Source: Pseudomonadota bacterium | GTDB lineage: Bacteria; UBA10199; 2-02-FULL-44-16; JBDRGF01 | Length of the DNA stretch: 29,806 bases | Reading direction: 5' to 3' | NCBI GenBank assembly: GCA_043818055.1 | Contig: JBDRGF010000131.1 | Coordinates: 1 to 29,806 of the forward strand | Shown: piece after piece, positions 9,548 to 18,477 of the stretch | Layout: every line of letters starts with the position of its first letter | Numbering within the stretch: position 1 is the first letter of the stretch | Position numbers and translations under genes: made by a program | Notes under the pieces: generated by a model | Told to the model about the DNA's origin: nothing | What the model saw: the letters and a program-made list of their open reading frames with translations, nothing else | Database searches by the model: none

Positions 9548-10306
9548 ATGATCTTAATTCCTGAGATTTACATCAAAAATGGCAAGGCCGTGAGCATCGG
9601 AGAGAATGTCAGCGTTTTTTTCAACGAAGATCCTCTGACAATGGCCATCAATTGCAAGGATGCCGGATGCGAGTCAATCTACGTCATCGACACATCCATT
9701 CCTGCAACAGGCGGCGGTCCTCACCTCGGATTGGTGAAAGAGATTCAGGACAAGACTCAGTTGAGGGTGTTGATAGCTGGTGGCATCAGATCATTATCCT
9801 CTGTGAAAGCATTTGCTGAAATCGGCGTTGAGCTCATAATACTCGGAACAATAGCATACCAAAACAAGGAACTATTGATGGAAGCCTGTAAATCCTTCCC
9901 GGGAAAGATTGCCACGACGATCGATGTCCGAACAGGCAGAGTAACAATACCAGGCTGGACAGTAGCAGCAAATAAAACCCAGATGGATTTTGCAAAGGAA
10001 TTTCGTGAGGCTGGCGTGCTTCATCTGGTATATTCAGACCTCAATAATGAAGGTGCCTTCGATGACGAATCCACAAAGAGGGTCAAAGAGATCTGCTCGG
10101 AGGCACGTATGAGAGTCCTCTTGAGATCTGGCATCAACTCGATCCCCGACCTTGAAAACTTAATCAAGGAGAATATCCCCCGACTCGATGCCCTTATTCT
10201 CGCCAATCCTCTTTACAACGGTGATATAGACCTGAGAGCTGCAAACTCAATGTTGGTCGATCTGCAAAGGGAGGATGGAAGCGATCAGACAATCACTGAG
10301 ATGTGA
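9548..10306 (+). CDS. HisA-family TIM-barrel protein with degenerate active site
   Basis: HisA-like pattern (MILIPEIYIKNGK, AGGIRS, LGT, IDVR, GW, YSD, LY), but Tyr8 replaces the catalytic Asp. Confidence 0.88.
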   Translation: MILIPEIYIKNGKAVSIGENVSVFFNEDPLTMAINCKDAGCESIYVIDTSIPATGGGPHLGLVKEIQDKTQLRVLIAGGIRSLSSVKAFAEIGVELIILGTIAYQNKELLMEACKSFPGKIATTIDVRTGRVTIPGWTVAANKTQMDFAKEFREAGVLHLVYSDLNNEGAFDDESTKRVKEICSEARMRVLLRSGINSIPDLENLIKENIPRLDALILANPLYNGDIDLRAANSMLVDLQREDGSDQTITEM

Positions 10307-10360
10307 TTAAAGGCAGTGTTTAGTGCATTGTGCGCAGTGTTTAGTGAAAGGCAAAAATAT

Positions 10361-10705
10361 ATGGATAAGGATTGTGTGTTTTGTAAAATAGTCGGTGGGG
10401 AGATTCCTTGTCAGAAGGTCTATGAGGATGAAGATTTTCTCGCGTTCAATGACATCAACCCTGCCGCCCCTATACATATTCTTGTAATTCCCAAAGAACA
10501 TCATTCGACTTTAAGCGCCCTGCCCTCTGACAAAGATGCACTGCTGCTCAAACTACTCAAAACCGTCTCCAAAATTGCTGCTGACAAGAGCCTCGACAAG
10601 ACAGGTTTCAGAACTGTGATCAATACCGGAAAGGACGCAGGCCAAGAGGTCTTCCATATTCATGTGCATATCTTAGGGGGAACGAGACTCGGGAAGATGG
10701 CATAA
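10361..10705 (+). CDS. hinT: Histidine triad nucleotide-binding (HIT) protein
   Basis: DCVFCKI, DINPAAPIHILVIPK and HIHVHILGG motifs. ATG 10361 is preferred over GTG 10316. Confidence 0.95.
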   Translation: MDKDCVFCKIVGGEIPCQKVYEDEDFLAFNDINPAAPIHILVIPKEHHSTLSALPSDKDALLLKLLKTVSKIAADKSLDKTGFRTVINTGKDAGQEVFHIHVHILGGTRLGKMA

Positions 10706-10746
10706 TTGCAGCATTGAGTGTTAAGGATTAAGAATTAAGTAAAGGC

Positions 10747-11946
10747 TTATTGAGATAAGAATTTATAGAGCAGTGCGCCGATGCCAAGGATTGAGAATAC
10801 CAGCAGGGCGAGATATATGACCACGCGAACTATTCTGAACGGCAGCATCTGAGGCCTCTCTAAATTCTGCCTCCAGCCTGTGAAGCGATAGGGAGTCTCT
10901 TCAGACTCGACCCCCTTCTCTCCCTTGAAAAAACCTAAAAAACCAAGAAAACCACGTGTTTTATTTTTATGTAATGTTTGCGTCTTTCTTCCCAACTGAT
11001 CCGACATGGGGCTGCCGAGTCCCAGATGTTGTTTTACTATTGACTCCCCCTTCTCGCTCATGAACATCCCCTGCTTTGGCTTGAGACCGTGCAAAAAATC
11101 CATTCCCTCTTCTGTCATCAAGGCGAGATAGATCAGCTCATCCCCCTCGGCGAGTTTTAAGAGCTCCTTGCCGAATTTCTCACCGGGATGCATCGCCTTT
11201 AGTTTGCCGAGCAACTCCATCATCACAGGAAGACGAATATACTTTTCCATTCTCCCGCTCTGCAGCATCATATCAGAGATCAGAAGAGGGTTCTTTCCCC
11301 CTTCCCGCTCCACAACGCCGCGAAAGAGAAAATTCCTGACCTGTTCGAGCAATATCTTTCTCTTCTCCGCGGAAAAGTTTGAAAAAAACTCCCTCCATTG
11401 GGCAAGATCCTTCGCATTAAAATGTGGCAGGCCATCCGCGCTCTTCTTTCCAATCGTTTTGCCCTGCTCAAAACAGGCGAGGATCAGCTTTTCAAACTTA
11501 GAGAGCATCTCATCCATACCTGCCTTTGCGGCTTTTTGTTCAGATGATCCGATCTTGCTTCTGTCGCCAAAAAAACTGCGAAGATAGTCAGCGTGCCTCT
11601 TAGAGAGTCGGCCTCTATCGATCCGGTGCGAATCGTGAGCATGCTGCCTCGCACCCTCATGCGCTCTGTGATGTCCCTTATGGCGCAATTCAGCACGCCT
11701 GTCTGTCACCATTCGCCGTCTACCGACAAGCCTGAAACGTCTGTATACAACCTTTGGAGCTGTTATAGCCCGACGAAGTATGGTCGGCATCTGTTTTTGA
11801 ATGAATGTGGATTTCTTCGAGAGGGACTCCATCAGCTTCTCTTGCAGCTTTGGCCTCTCCTTCACATCGGCCTTAAGAATCCTCTTCATGAGACTCTCTA
11901 ATCCGACATCTGATTTAAAAATTGGCGATTTGGAATCTTCTACCAT
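10747..11946 (-). CDS. Hypothetical protein with a C-terminal transmembrane helix
   Basis: 399-aa ORF ending VVIYLALLVFSILGIGALLYKF, with a His/Arg-rich patch near residues 85-110. Confidence 0.8.
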   Translation of the reverse strand: MVEDSKSPIFKSDVGLESLMKRILKADVKERPKLQEKLMESLSKKSTFIQKQMPTILRRAITAPKVVYRRFRLVGRRRMVTDRRAELRHKGHHRAHEGARQHAHDSHRIDRGRLSKRHADYLRSFFGDRSKIGSSEQKAAKAGMDEMLSKFEKLILACFEQGKTIGKKSADGLPHFNAKDLAQWREFFSNFSAEKRKILLEQVRNFLFRGVVEREGGKNPLLISDMMLQSGRMEKYIRLPVMMELLGKLKAMHPGEKFGKELLKLAEGDELIYLALMTEEGMDFLHGLKPKQGMFMSEKGESIVKQHLGLGSPMSDQLGRKTQTLHKNKTRGFLGFLGFFKGEKGVESEETPYRFTGWRQNLERPQMLPFRIVRVVIYLALLVFSILGIGALLYKFLSQ

Positions 11947-12000
11947 AGGTGGTTGACATTATACAGGGATGTAATCGATGAGGCAAATGAATATGAACCC

Positions 12001-12029
12001 GCATTTCTCACAAGAACTGTGAGAAACGC
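12001..12029. terminator. Hairpin TTTCTCACA-5nt-TGTGAGAAA, possible terminator or operator
   Basis: 9-bp perfect inverted repeat between the HAD gene and the membrane protein gene. Confidence 0.35.
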
Positions 12030-12033
12030 TGGA

Positions 12034-12192
12034 AAATTCCAAATCTCAAGCGCCAAATCTCAAATAAATCACAAATTCCAAACTTCAAACAAAAAATCAA
12101 CGTTCAAACACATAAAACAGACTGTTTTGAACATTTTGATATTTGAATTTTGGGATTGATTTGAACTTGGGAGTTTGTAGTTTGAGATTTCT
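12034..12192. repeat. Long imperfect inverted repeat built from 7-nt periodic units
   Basis: Left arm AAATTCC-AAATCTC-AAGCGCC-AAATCTC-AAATAAATCAC...; right arm ...TTTGAATTTTGGGATTGATTTGAACTTGGGAGTTTGTAGTTTGAGATTT. Confidence 0.8.
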
Positions 12193-12234
12193 TTGATTTT
12201 TCACTACTTAGTAAGAAATCCAGGCTAAAAGATA

Positions 12235-13053
12235 TCAATGACTAAAATTATCCAGAAGGGATTCCAGACGCTTCAATTCTGCTTCATCCAACGATCTTGG
12301 ATGGTCTCTTCGACCTTCGAGAAAGAAAATTCCCTTGCGGGAATTAATTACTGCATCATGCAGATCTGTTTCATACCAACCTTTAACTCCACTAAAGAGC
12401 CTCTCAATTTCTCTGTAATGTTCAGACCAGTCGATGTCGTCGATCAGCATCTCACCCTTTCCAACGAATTTCGGCATGGGAACAGATTTTGAACCTATCC
12501 AAAAACGCCTTGCAGACAAGAAAAGATTATTCATTGGGCGTGAGACAAAATAAACACCCTCTTTTGGGATCGCAAATCGTTTACCTATACCTCTCTGAAA
12601 CTCCAATCCTCTCACAAACTTGCCATCGACAAGCTCTCTCACATCAGAATGCGCTCGCAGAAACCCGTCGATGCTTGATACTTCATCAAAGCCTCCAAAT
12701 GCAGCATATTCAGGATTTCTGCTGAGAAAGTGATTATGAAGCGGATGTCCCTTTTTATATCGCATTGAATAGATCCCGATCTTAACTCCCCTCTCATGAA
12801 ATGCGCGCATAAAAGCAAAGGTATGTCCCTGAACCGTTCTTCCATTTTGAAAACTGGTTGTAAGAGTTCCATCAATATCGAACCAGAGAGTTTCAGGAAG
12901 CGATTCCCGACCGGTCAATAGTGTGTTGATGCGCTCATAACTTTTCTCAAATGCTTCAGCGTTGTTCTCAACGTCGATTGAAGGAAGCGAGTCAACCCTA
13001 ATATTGGGTAGGACTGAAACAAACAATCCCCTGAAAAACGATTTTATATCCAT
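12235..13053 (-). CDS. HAD-superfamily phosphatase-like protein
   Basis: Motif I FDIDGTL, motif II IGIYS, motif III PK, motif IV LIDD. Confidence 0.85.
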   Translation of the reverse strand: MDIKSFFRGLFVSVLPNIRVDSLPSIDVENNAEAFEKSYERINTLLTGRESLPETLWFDIDGTLTTSFQNGRTVQGHTFAFMRAFHERGVKIGIYSMRYKKGHPLHNHFLSRNPEYAAFGGFDEVSSIDGFLRAHSDVRELVDGKFVRGLEFQRGIGKRFAIPKEGVYFVSRPMNNLFLSARRFWIGSKSVPMPKFVGKGEMLIDDIDWSEHYREIERLFSGVKGWYETDLHDAVINSRKGIFFLEGRRDHPRSLDEAELKRLESLLDNFSH

Positions 13054-13061
13054 ATGAGCTC

Positions 13062-13088
13062 TTATCGGTTTTTGAGAAAGAATGTTGC
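13062..13088 (-). promoter_or_regulatory. Putative sigma-28-like promoter GCAAC-N15-CCGATAA
   Basis: 8 nt before ATG 13053; no SD. Confidence 0.72.
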
Positions 13089-13120
13089 TAATAGATTACA
13101 TTTTTTATGGCTGGTCAACA

Positions 13121-13858
13121 TCACACATCGACAACATAGAGTTCTCTTTCCTCCCTAGGCAGAAGATATCCATTTCTGACAACTTCATATACTATATTTT
13201 CCCGTGTAAAATCGTGAGGAACCTTAGACTCAATAAGCAAGGCCTGCATACCGAAAAACCTAGATATCACATCTTTACGCTCATCTTTACTGATAAAAAA
13301 ACTCCAGGGCTTTTTTCTCATCTTACCGATGGAGGGACCTCCTATATATTCCGATACGCAAAATTTTCCACCACATAAAACAACCCCCGCTACGTTAATC
13401 CCTGCATTCGAGAGCATTTCCATGCGGCTAGCTTGCACCTCAGGTTTCCAAGGCTCAATAACCAAATGCCCCCCTTCTCGCGTCGAAAAACATTTTTGAA
13501 ACTGAACCTTCAATACATGCCATGGATACTCACAATGATTGGCCTCAGCAGATCCAATAAGCCGATAGATTATCCCTTCAAGGCCTGAACCGAGAGGCTT
13601 ATCATGGAAAGAAAAAGTCCGCCAGGTTTGGCCATATACCGTAAATTCCCGGAATCTACAATCTTTCGAAACTATCTCCATCCCGGGCCGCCAAAAAAGT
13701 TGTGGGTATTGATTTGCCAGGTCAGGATGGATCATTGTGACTGGAACGCCGCTTTCAAACGTGTTGCACGTATACTCAATAGGAGGTCTTCGACTAAAAC
13801 CAAATAATGATGAAATTTTGTTTGCTATCCCTTGAAGCATTTCCCTCTTCCTACTCAA
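13121..13858 (-). CDS. Minimal protein-kinase-like fold protein
   Basis: Gly loop LGSGLEGIIY, VLK lysine, SEYIGG hinge, HDFTREN catalytic loop, LYVVD. True start is probably TTG 13858 or ATG 13840, because the promoter motif lies inside the longer ORF call (13909). Confidence 0.78.
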   Translation of the reverse strand: MSRKREMLQGIANKISSLFGFSRRPPIEYTCNTFESGVPVTMIHPDLANQYPQLFWRPGMEIVSKDCRFREFTVYGQTWRTFSFHDKPLGSGLEGIIYRLIGSAEANHCEYPWHVLKVQFQKCFSTREGGHLVIEPWKPEVQASRMEMLSNAGINVAGVVLCGGKFCVSEYIGGPSIGKMRKKPWSFFISKDERKDVISRFFGMQALLIESKVPHDFTRENIVYEVVRNGYLLPREERELYVVDV

Positions 13859-13871
13859 TCCCCTACTAATA

Positions 13872-13899
13872 TTATCGGCTTGTGCCCGGAAAAAGTTGC
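13872..13899 (-). promoter_or_regulatory. Putative sigma-28-like promoter GCAAC-N16-CCGATAA (full GCCGATAA)
   Basis: Perfect FliA-type -10 box upstream of the kinase-like gene. Confidence 0.72.
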
Positions 13900-13962
13900 C
13901 CCTTTTCATTTAAAATCTTATTAATTGTCATCTTCATCCCATTAAAGTAAAAGGCATCCGGG

Positions 13963-16900
13963 ATGCGTCCCTTTTCGACAGACGACATATGCACGCTCTT
14001 TGATGAAGATGGACAAGTGGTCAATCTGACGGGGATTGCTTCGTCCGCGTTTGCTTATCTCATAAGCACTATACACCTAAAAGACCCCAAAAAGAACTTA
14101 ACCATAATCTGCGCTACAGAAAAGGAACAGAGTGAACTTGAGAATGACATCCGGTTCTTCTCTCAGGGAAAGGCGAAAATTTTATCATTTCCAGAGCCCG
14201 ATGTCCTGCCTTATAACAGAATATCCTCCGACCCGGATATCGGGGCTCAGCGCATCAAAATCTTAAACGATTTGCTCTATGATAAGAGCGGCATACTGAT
14301 CGCAACTCTCCGGGGCATCCTAAGAAAGCTCCCCCCTACCAAATTCATCAGGGAAACACGGAAGAATATTTATGCGGGAGATATCACAGACCGCGATCAC
14401 CTCATCGAAGAGCTGATCGATTTTGGATACACCAACGAACCGGTGGTGGAAGACCTGGGTGAGTTTTCAGTCAGAGGAGCTTTACTCGACATATGGTCTC
14501 CCGGGGAAGAGATGCCAGTCAGGATTGAATTCGACGGGGATAAGATCATCTCGATGAAGGCCTTTGAACCATCGACGCAGAGGTCAAAAGAGAAACTCAG
14601 TGAAATTGTTATCCTGCCAGCTTTGGATTTCATCATCTCAAAGGAAAGCATCGAATCACATGTTGAAAGAATCCATAAACTCTGCGTCGACAAAGAGATT
14701 CAGCCCTCTCAGAGAAGATCCTTCATTGAAAGTTTAAGGGAGAGGATTCCCTTTCCAGGCATCGAAACGCTTCTTCCCCTCTTCCACAACGAGACCTCGA
14801 CACTCACAGATTATCTTTCCGAAAACGCTCACTGGATCATCGCCTCACCTGCTGCCATATCGGAACAGGCAAAGCTCTTCTTCGATGAGCTAGCCAACAC
14901 ATATGAATCGAGCTCAAGTTTTGAAAGGATCGTCGAAATAGACGCCCTCTATGAAAGATGGGATCACTTCTTTGAAAGATTAAAGCAAAACAGAATCACC
15001 ACTATCAACGACCTCGCGCTACCCCATACGAAAAATATCAACTGTGATACGGATGATTTGACCGAATTCCGGCAGAGATTTGGAATACAAAAGGAGAGTC
15101 AGAAAAAACTGACGCCTCTAATCGAAGCAATTGAAAAGTGGCAGCAACAACACCTCACCGTCGCGATCACATGCTCAACTCCCGCTCAAAAGATGAGGAT
15201 GAAGGATATTCTCGAATGGTTGAATGTAAAAGTTTCGGATAGAGAGATCCCCTTTTGTAATTTAGGAAAGGAGAGTTCTTCTTTTGTTTACCTGATCGAG
15301 GGAGAGCTCTCAAACGGCTTTGTCTGGCAAAGCGAAAAGATCGTTCTCTTAACTGAAACCGATATTTTCGGTAAGAAGGTCAGGCGGCCCAAACCGACTA
15401 CAGCACAGCTGGATCACTTCACATCATTTGCCGAACTTGAGGAGGGCGATTTTCTTGTTCATGAGATTCACGGCATCTGCAGATATTTGGGATTGAACCA
15501 TCTCGCAATCGACAGTGAAGAGAGCGACTATCTTTTGCTGGAATTTTTAGGCGGCGATAAGCTTTATCTGCCCGTTTACAGGATGAAGGTGGTAGGAAGA
15601 TACTCCGGCCCAGAGAATGAACCACCATTTCTCGATAAGCTTGGAAGTTTAAAATTTGAAGTCAGAAAATCGAAAGCCAAGAAGGAGATCCTCAAAATTG
15701 CCAAAGAGCTGATCGAGATCTACGCCGCAAGGATGGCGCATCCCGGAAAGGCATTCCCATCCGACGATCACCTGATGGAGGAATTTTCAGCTAGTTTCCC
15801 ATACGAGGAGACTCAAGATCAGCTCAAAGCCATCGATGATATCCGATATGATATGGAAGAACCCAAACCGATGGATCGTCTGATCTGCGGAGATGTCGGC
15901 TACGGAAAAACCGAGGTCGCAATGCGCGCTGCGTTCAAGGCTGCGATGGCAGGCTCGCAGGTCGCAATCCTCGTCCCTACAACTATTCTGGCATTTCAGC
16001 ATTTTGAAACATTCACAGAGAGATTCAAGGACTGGCCCGTGAAGATTGCATCGATCTCGCGGATGCAAAAGTCAAAGGAACTCAAAAAGATTCTGGAGGA
16101 TCTTAAAAAGGGCGCCATCGATATCCTCATCGGCACGCACAAGATAATCCAGAAGAATGTCGAGTTTAAAAGTTTAGGACTCCTGATAATCGACGAGGAA
16201 CAGAGATTCGGCGTCAAACAGAAGGAGCGTCTCAAAGAGTTCAAAAAGACTGTCGATGTGATAACGATGACCGCAACTCCCATTCCACGAACCCTTTCCA
16301 TGTCGCTCTCCGGCATCAGGGATTTAAGTCTGATCACAACTCCTCCCATCGACAGGCATTCGATATCGACGCATCTTGCACGCTACGATGACGGCATCAT
16401 CAAACACGCCATCAAAAACGAGATTGAAAGAGGTGGACAGATTTTCTTCGTCCACAACAGGGTGCAAACCATCCACAGTTATTACGACAGGCTTAAAAAA
16501 CTTATCCCTGAGGCTCGGATCGCAGTCGCCCACGGGCAGATGCCTGAAAGAGGGCTTGAGAAAATAATGCACGACTTCAGACAAAAAAAATATGACGTCC
16601 TGCTCTGCACGACCATAATCGAATCGGGGCTCGACATCCCCTCCGCAAACACGATCATCATCAATCGCGCTGACAAGATGGGTCTGTCGCAGCTCTATCA
16701 GTTGAGAGGCAGAGTTGGAAGATCGAGCGTTCACGCATTTGCTTATCTTCTGATCCCTGAGGAGGGAGACATCACCAAAACAGCACACCGAAGGCTATCC
16801 GCGCTGACGAGATATACCGAACTCGGCAGCGGATTTCAGATAGCAACACACGATCTTGAAATCAGAGGCTCTGGCAACATACTTGGTGAAGCGCAGTCCG

Positions 16901-17454
16901 GCCATGCCGCTGAACTTGGATTCGAACTCTACACGAGGCTGCTTGAAAAGGCGGTGAGAGAATTGAAGGGAGAGGCAGTCACCGAGGAGATCGATCCGGA
17001 GATAAAAATTCCTCTCAAAGCATTCCTTCCCGAAGAATATATTGCCGACCCGGCTACGAGAGTCGATCTCTATAAACGGCTCTCCTCACAAGTGAATCAG
17101 GAGGATCTGGCCGACATCACAAGGGAGATCGAGGATAGATTCGGAAAAATGCCTGATGTCGCTGCCGATCTTATAAGGCTCATGGAGATCAGGCTTATAG
17201 CACAGTCCCTTTGCATCCAGAAGCTCGCTTATGACAAGAATCATCTTCTGATTTCGCTGCATCCATCAACCAATCTAAATTTTCAAAAACTTGCAGAGGC
17301 GATAGCTATGGAGGGACAGAAATTTAAGTTCTCCCCTCCTGCGAACCTCATAGAAAAGATTGAGATTCCCAAAGATGCGAATTCTTGCGAACTATTAAAA
17401 ACCATTAAAAATAGCTTGTTTAGGCTCTCCCGCTATGTTAACGGGAAGGTCTAA
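13963..17454 (+). CDS. mfd: Transcription-repair coupling factor
   Basis: GEFSVRG, GDVGYGKT, DEEQRFG, TATPIPRTL, QLRGRVGR and DLEIRG motifs. Confidence 0.98.
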   Translation: MRPFSTDDICTLFDEDGQVVNLTGIASSAFAYLISTIHLKDPKKNLTIICATEKEQSELENDIRFFSQGKAKILSFPEPDVLPYNRISSDPDIGAQRIKILNDLLYDKSGILIATLRGILRKLPPTKFIRETRKNIYAGDITDRDHLIEELIDFGYTNEPVVEDLGEFSVRGALLDIWSPGEEMPVRIEFDGDKIISMKAFEPSTQRSKEKLSEIVILPALDFIISKESIESHVERIHKLCVDKEIQPSQRRSFIESLRERIPFPGIETLLPLFHNETSTLTDYLSENAHWIIASPAAISEQAKLFFDELANTYESSSSFERIVEIDALYERWDHFFERLKQNRITTINDLALPHTKNINCDTDDLTEFRQRFGIQKESQKKLTPLIEAIEKWQQQHLTVAITCSTPAQKMRMKDILEWLNVKVSDREIPFCNLGKESSSFVYLIEGELSNGFVWQSEKIVLLTETDIFGKKVRRPKPTTAQLDHFTSFAELEEGDFLVHEIHGICRYLGLNHLAIDSEESDYLLLEFLGGDKLYLPVYRMKVVGRYSGPENEPPFLDKLGSLKFEVRKSKAKKEILKIAKELIEIYAARMAHPGKAFPSDDHLMEEFSASFPYEETQDQLKAIDDIRYDMEEPKPMDRLICGDVGYGKTEVAMRAAFKAAMAGSQVAILVPTTILAFQHFETFTERFKDWPVKIASISRMQKSKELKKILEDLKKGAIDILIGTHKIIQKNVEFKSLGLLIIDEEQRFGVKQKERLKEFKKTVDVITMTATPIPRTLSMSLSGIRDLSLITTPPIDRHSISTHLARYDDGIIKHAIKNEIERGGQIFFVHNRVQTIHSYYDRLKKLIPEARIAVAHGQMPERGLEKIMHDFRQKKYDVLLCTTIIESGLDIPSANTIIINRADKMGLSQLYQLRGRVGRSSVHAFAYLLIPEEGDITKTAHRRLSALTRYTELGSGFQIATHDLEIRGSGNILGEAQSGHAAELGFELYTRLLEKAVRELKGEAVTEEIDPEIKIPLKAFLPEEYIADPATRVDLYKRLSSQVNQEDLADITREIEDRFGKMPDVAADLIRLMEIRLIAQSLCIQKLAYDKNHLLISLHPSTNLNFQKLAEAIAMEGQKFKFSPPANLIEKIEIPKDANSCELLKTIKNSLFRLSRYVNGKV

Positions 17455-17459
17455 AAAAA

Positions 17460-17522
17460 TGTAGGGGCAACCCCCTGTGGTTGCCCTCTTAATAGGGGCA
17501 GGCACGGGGGCCTGCCCCTACA
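17460..17522. repeat. REP-like double hairpin TGTAGGGGC...GCCCCTACA
   Basis: Two GC-rich palindromes with GTAG/CTAC ends just after the mfd stop; related copy at 28300-28364. Confidence 0.85.
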
Positions 17523-17580
17523 AAAACACTGAAATATCGACTTCATAAACAACCTAGTGTGGCATGTGGTGAAGAATACA

Positions 17581-18477
17581 ATGAAACACATTAATATTAC
17601 TTACATTCTTATATTTTCGTTACTAAGCATTGTCGGATGCTCTGATAAGGGGGGCGTGATTGCTACTATCGGTAATGATAAAATCTATCGGGCGGATCTA
17701 AAAGGGATGATGAATGACATTGTTCACTCCTACGGCGAGGCTCCCATCTCCGGGAAATTGAGCTGTGCTAATCTCAAAACCCAGGCGCTGAATCGTCTGA
17801 TTCATGACAAGCTGCTCAATACCGAATCAAAGAAGAGAGGAATCGGGATACCAGAGAGTGAGCTGAAGAGCTGGCTCAAGGATCAAACCGGTGAGTCGCC
17901 ATCTTCTGAATGGATAGAAAAACAAAGACAAAGGCTCACCAATAAAAAACTCGCGATCGCTATTTTGAACGAAAAGCTTCCACTGACCAATGAACAGATT
18001 GAAAGCTACTACCAGTCAAACAAATCGAGCTTTGTAAAACCAAAATCATTTCATTTAATAGAAATATCCGTAGATGATAAAAGCAAGGCAAAGTCAATCT
18101 TATCATTGCTTCGCGATGGCGAGAACTTTGCCAAACTTGCCAAAAAATTTTCAAACACTCCATCAGCAAAAGATAGCGGCGATCTGGGTTTCATATCATC
18201 GGAACAGTTGTCTCCCCTTTTGGTAGATGTCTTCAGCAACTTAAAGCCGGGTGAATACATCATGCAGAAGATCAACAAAGAATATAAGATCTTTGGCGTC
18301 TTAAAAACCCGGCCTGAGAAAACCCTGACTCTTGACGAGGCCAGGGAGTCGATTGTCGAAAAAATATATGGCGTCAGATCACAAATTGCGTTAAATGACT
18401 GGCTGAATGAATTAAAAAATTCGATCAACATTAAAATCAATGACGAATTGATAGGGGAGATCAAATGTCACACTTAA
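17581..18477 (+). CDS. Parvulin-type peptidyl-prolyl isomerase lipoprotein (SurA/PrsA-like)
   Basis: Lipobox IVGC; FAKLAKKFS and GDLGF motifs. ATG 17581 is preferred over GTG 17557. Confidence 0.9.
   Translation: MKHINITYILIFSLLSIVGCSDKGGVIATIGNDKIYRADLKGMMNDIVHSYGEAPISGKLSCANLKTQALNRLIHDKLLNTESKKRGIGIPESELKSWLKDQTGESPSSEWIEKQRQRLTNKKLAIAILNEKLPLTNEQIESYYQSNKSSFVKPKSFHLIEISVDDKSKAKSILSLLRDGENFAKLAKKFSNTPSAKDSGDLGFISSEQLSPLLVDVFSNLKPGEYIMQKINKEYKIFGVLKTRPEKTLTLDEARESIVEKIYGVRSQIALNDWLNELKNSINIKINDELIGEIKCHT

Noticed and set aside
9276..9551. Short ORFs 9276-9536 and 9345-9551 (likewise 25295-25561, 23576-23839, 20303-20755, 11953-12159)
   Set aside because: They run through MITE, REP or heptamer repeats; shared peptide text between them reflects the DNA repeat.
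13859..13909. Shared N-terminal FFR motif (MKRGNFFR) as a secretion signal
   Set aside because: In the kinase ORF it is simply the translated promoter sequence. The remaining cases are two paralogues and one other gene, too few to support a signal.
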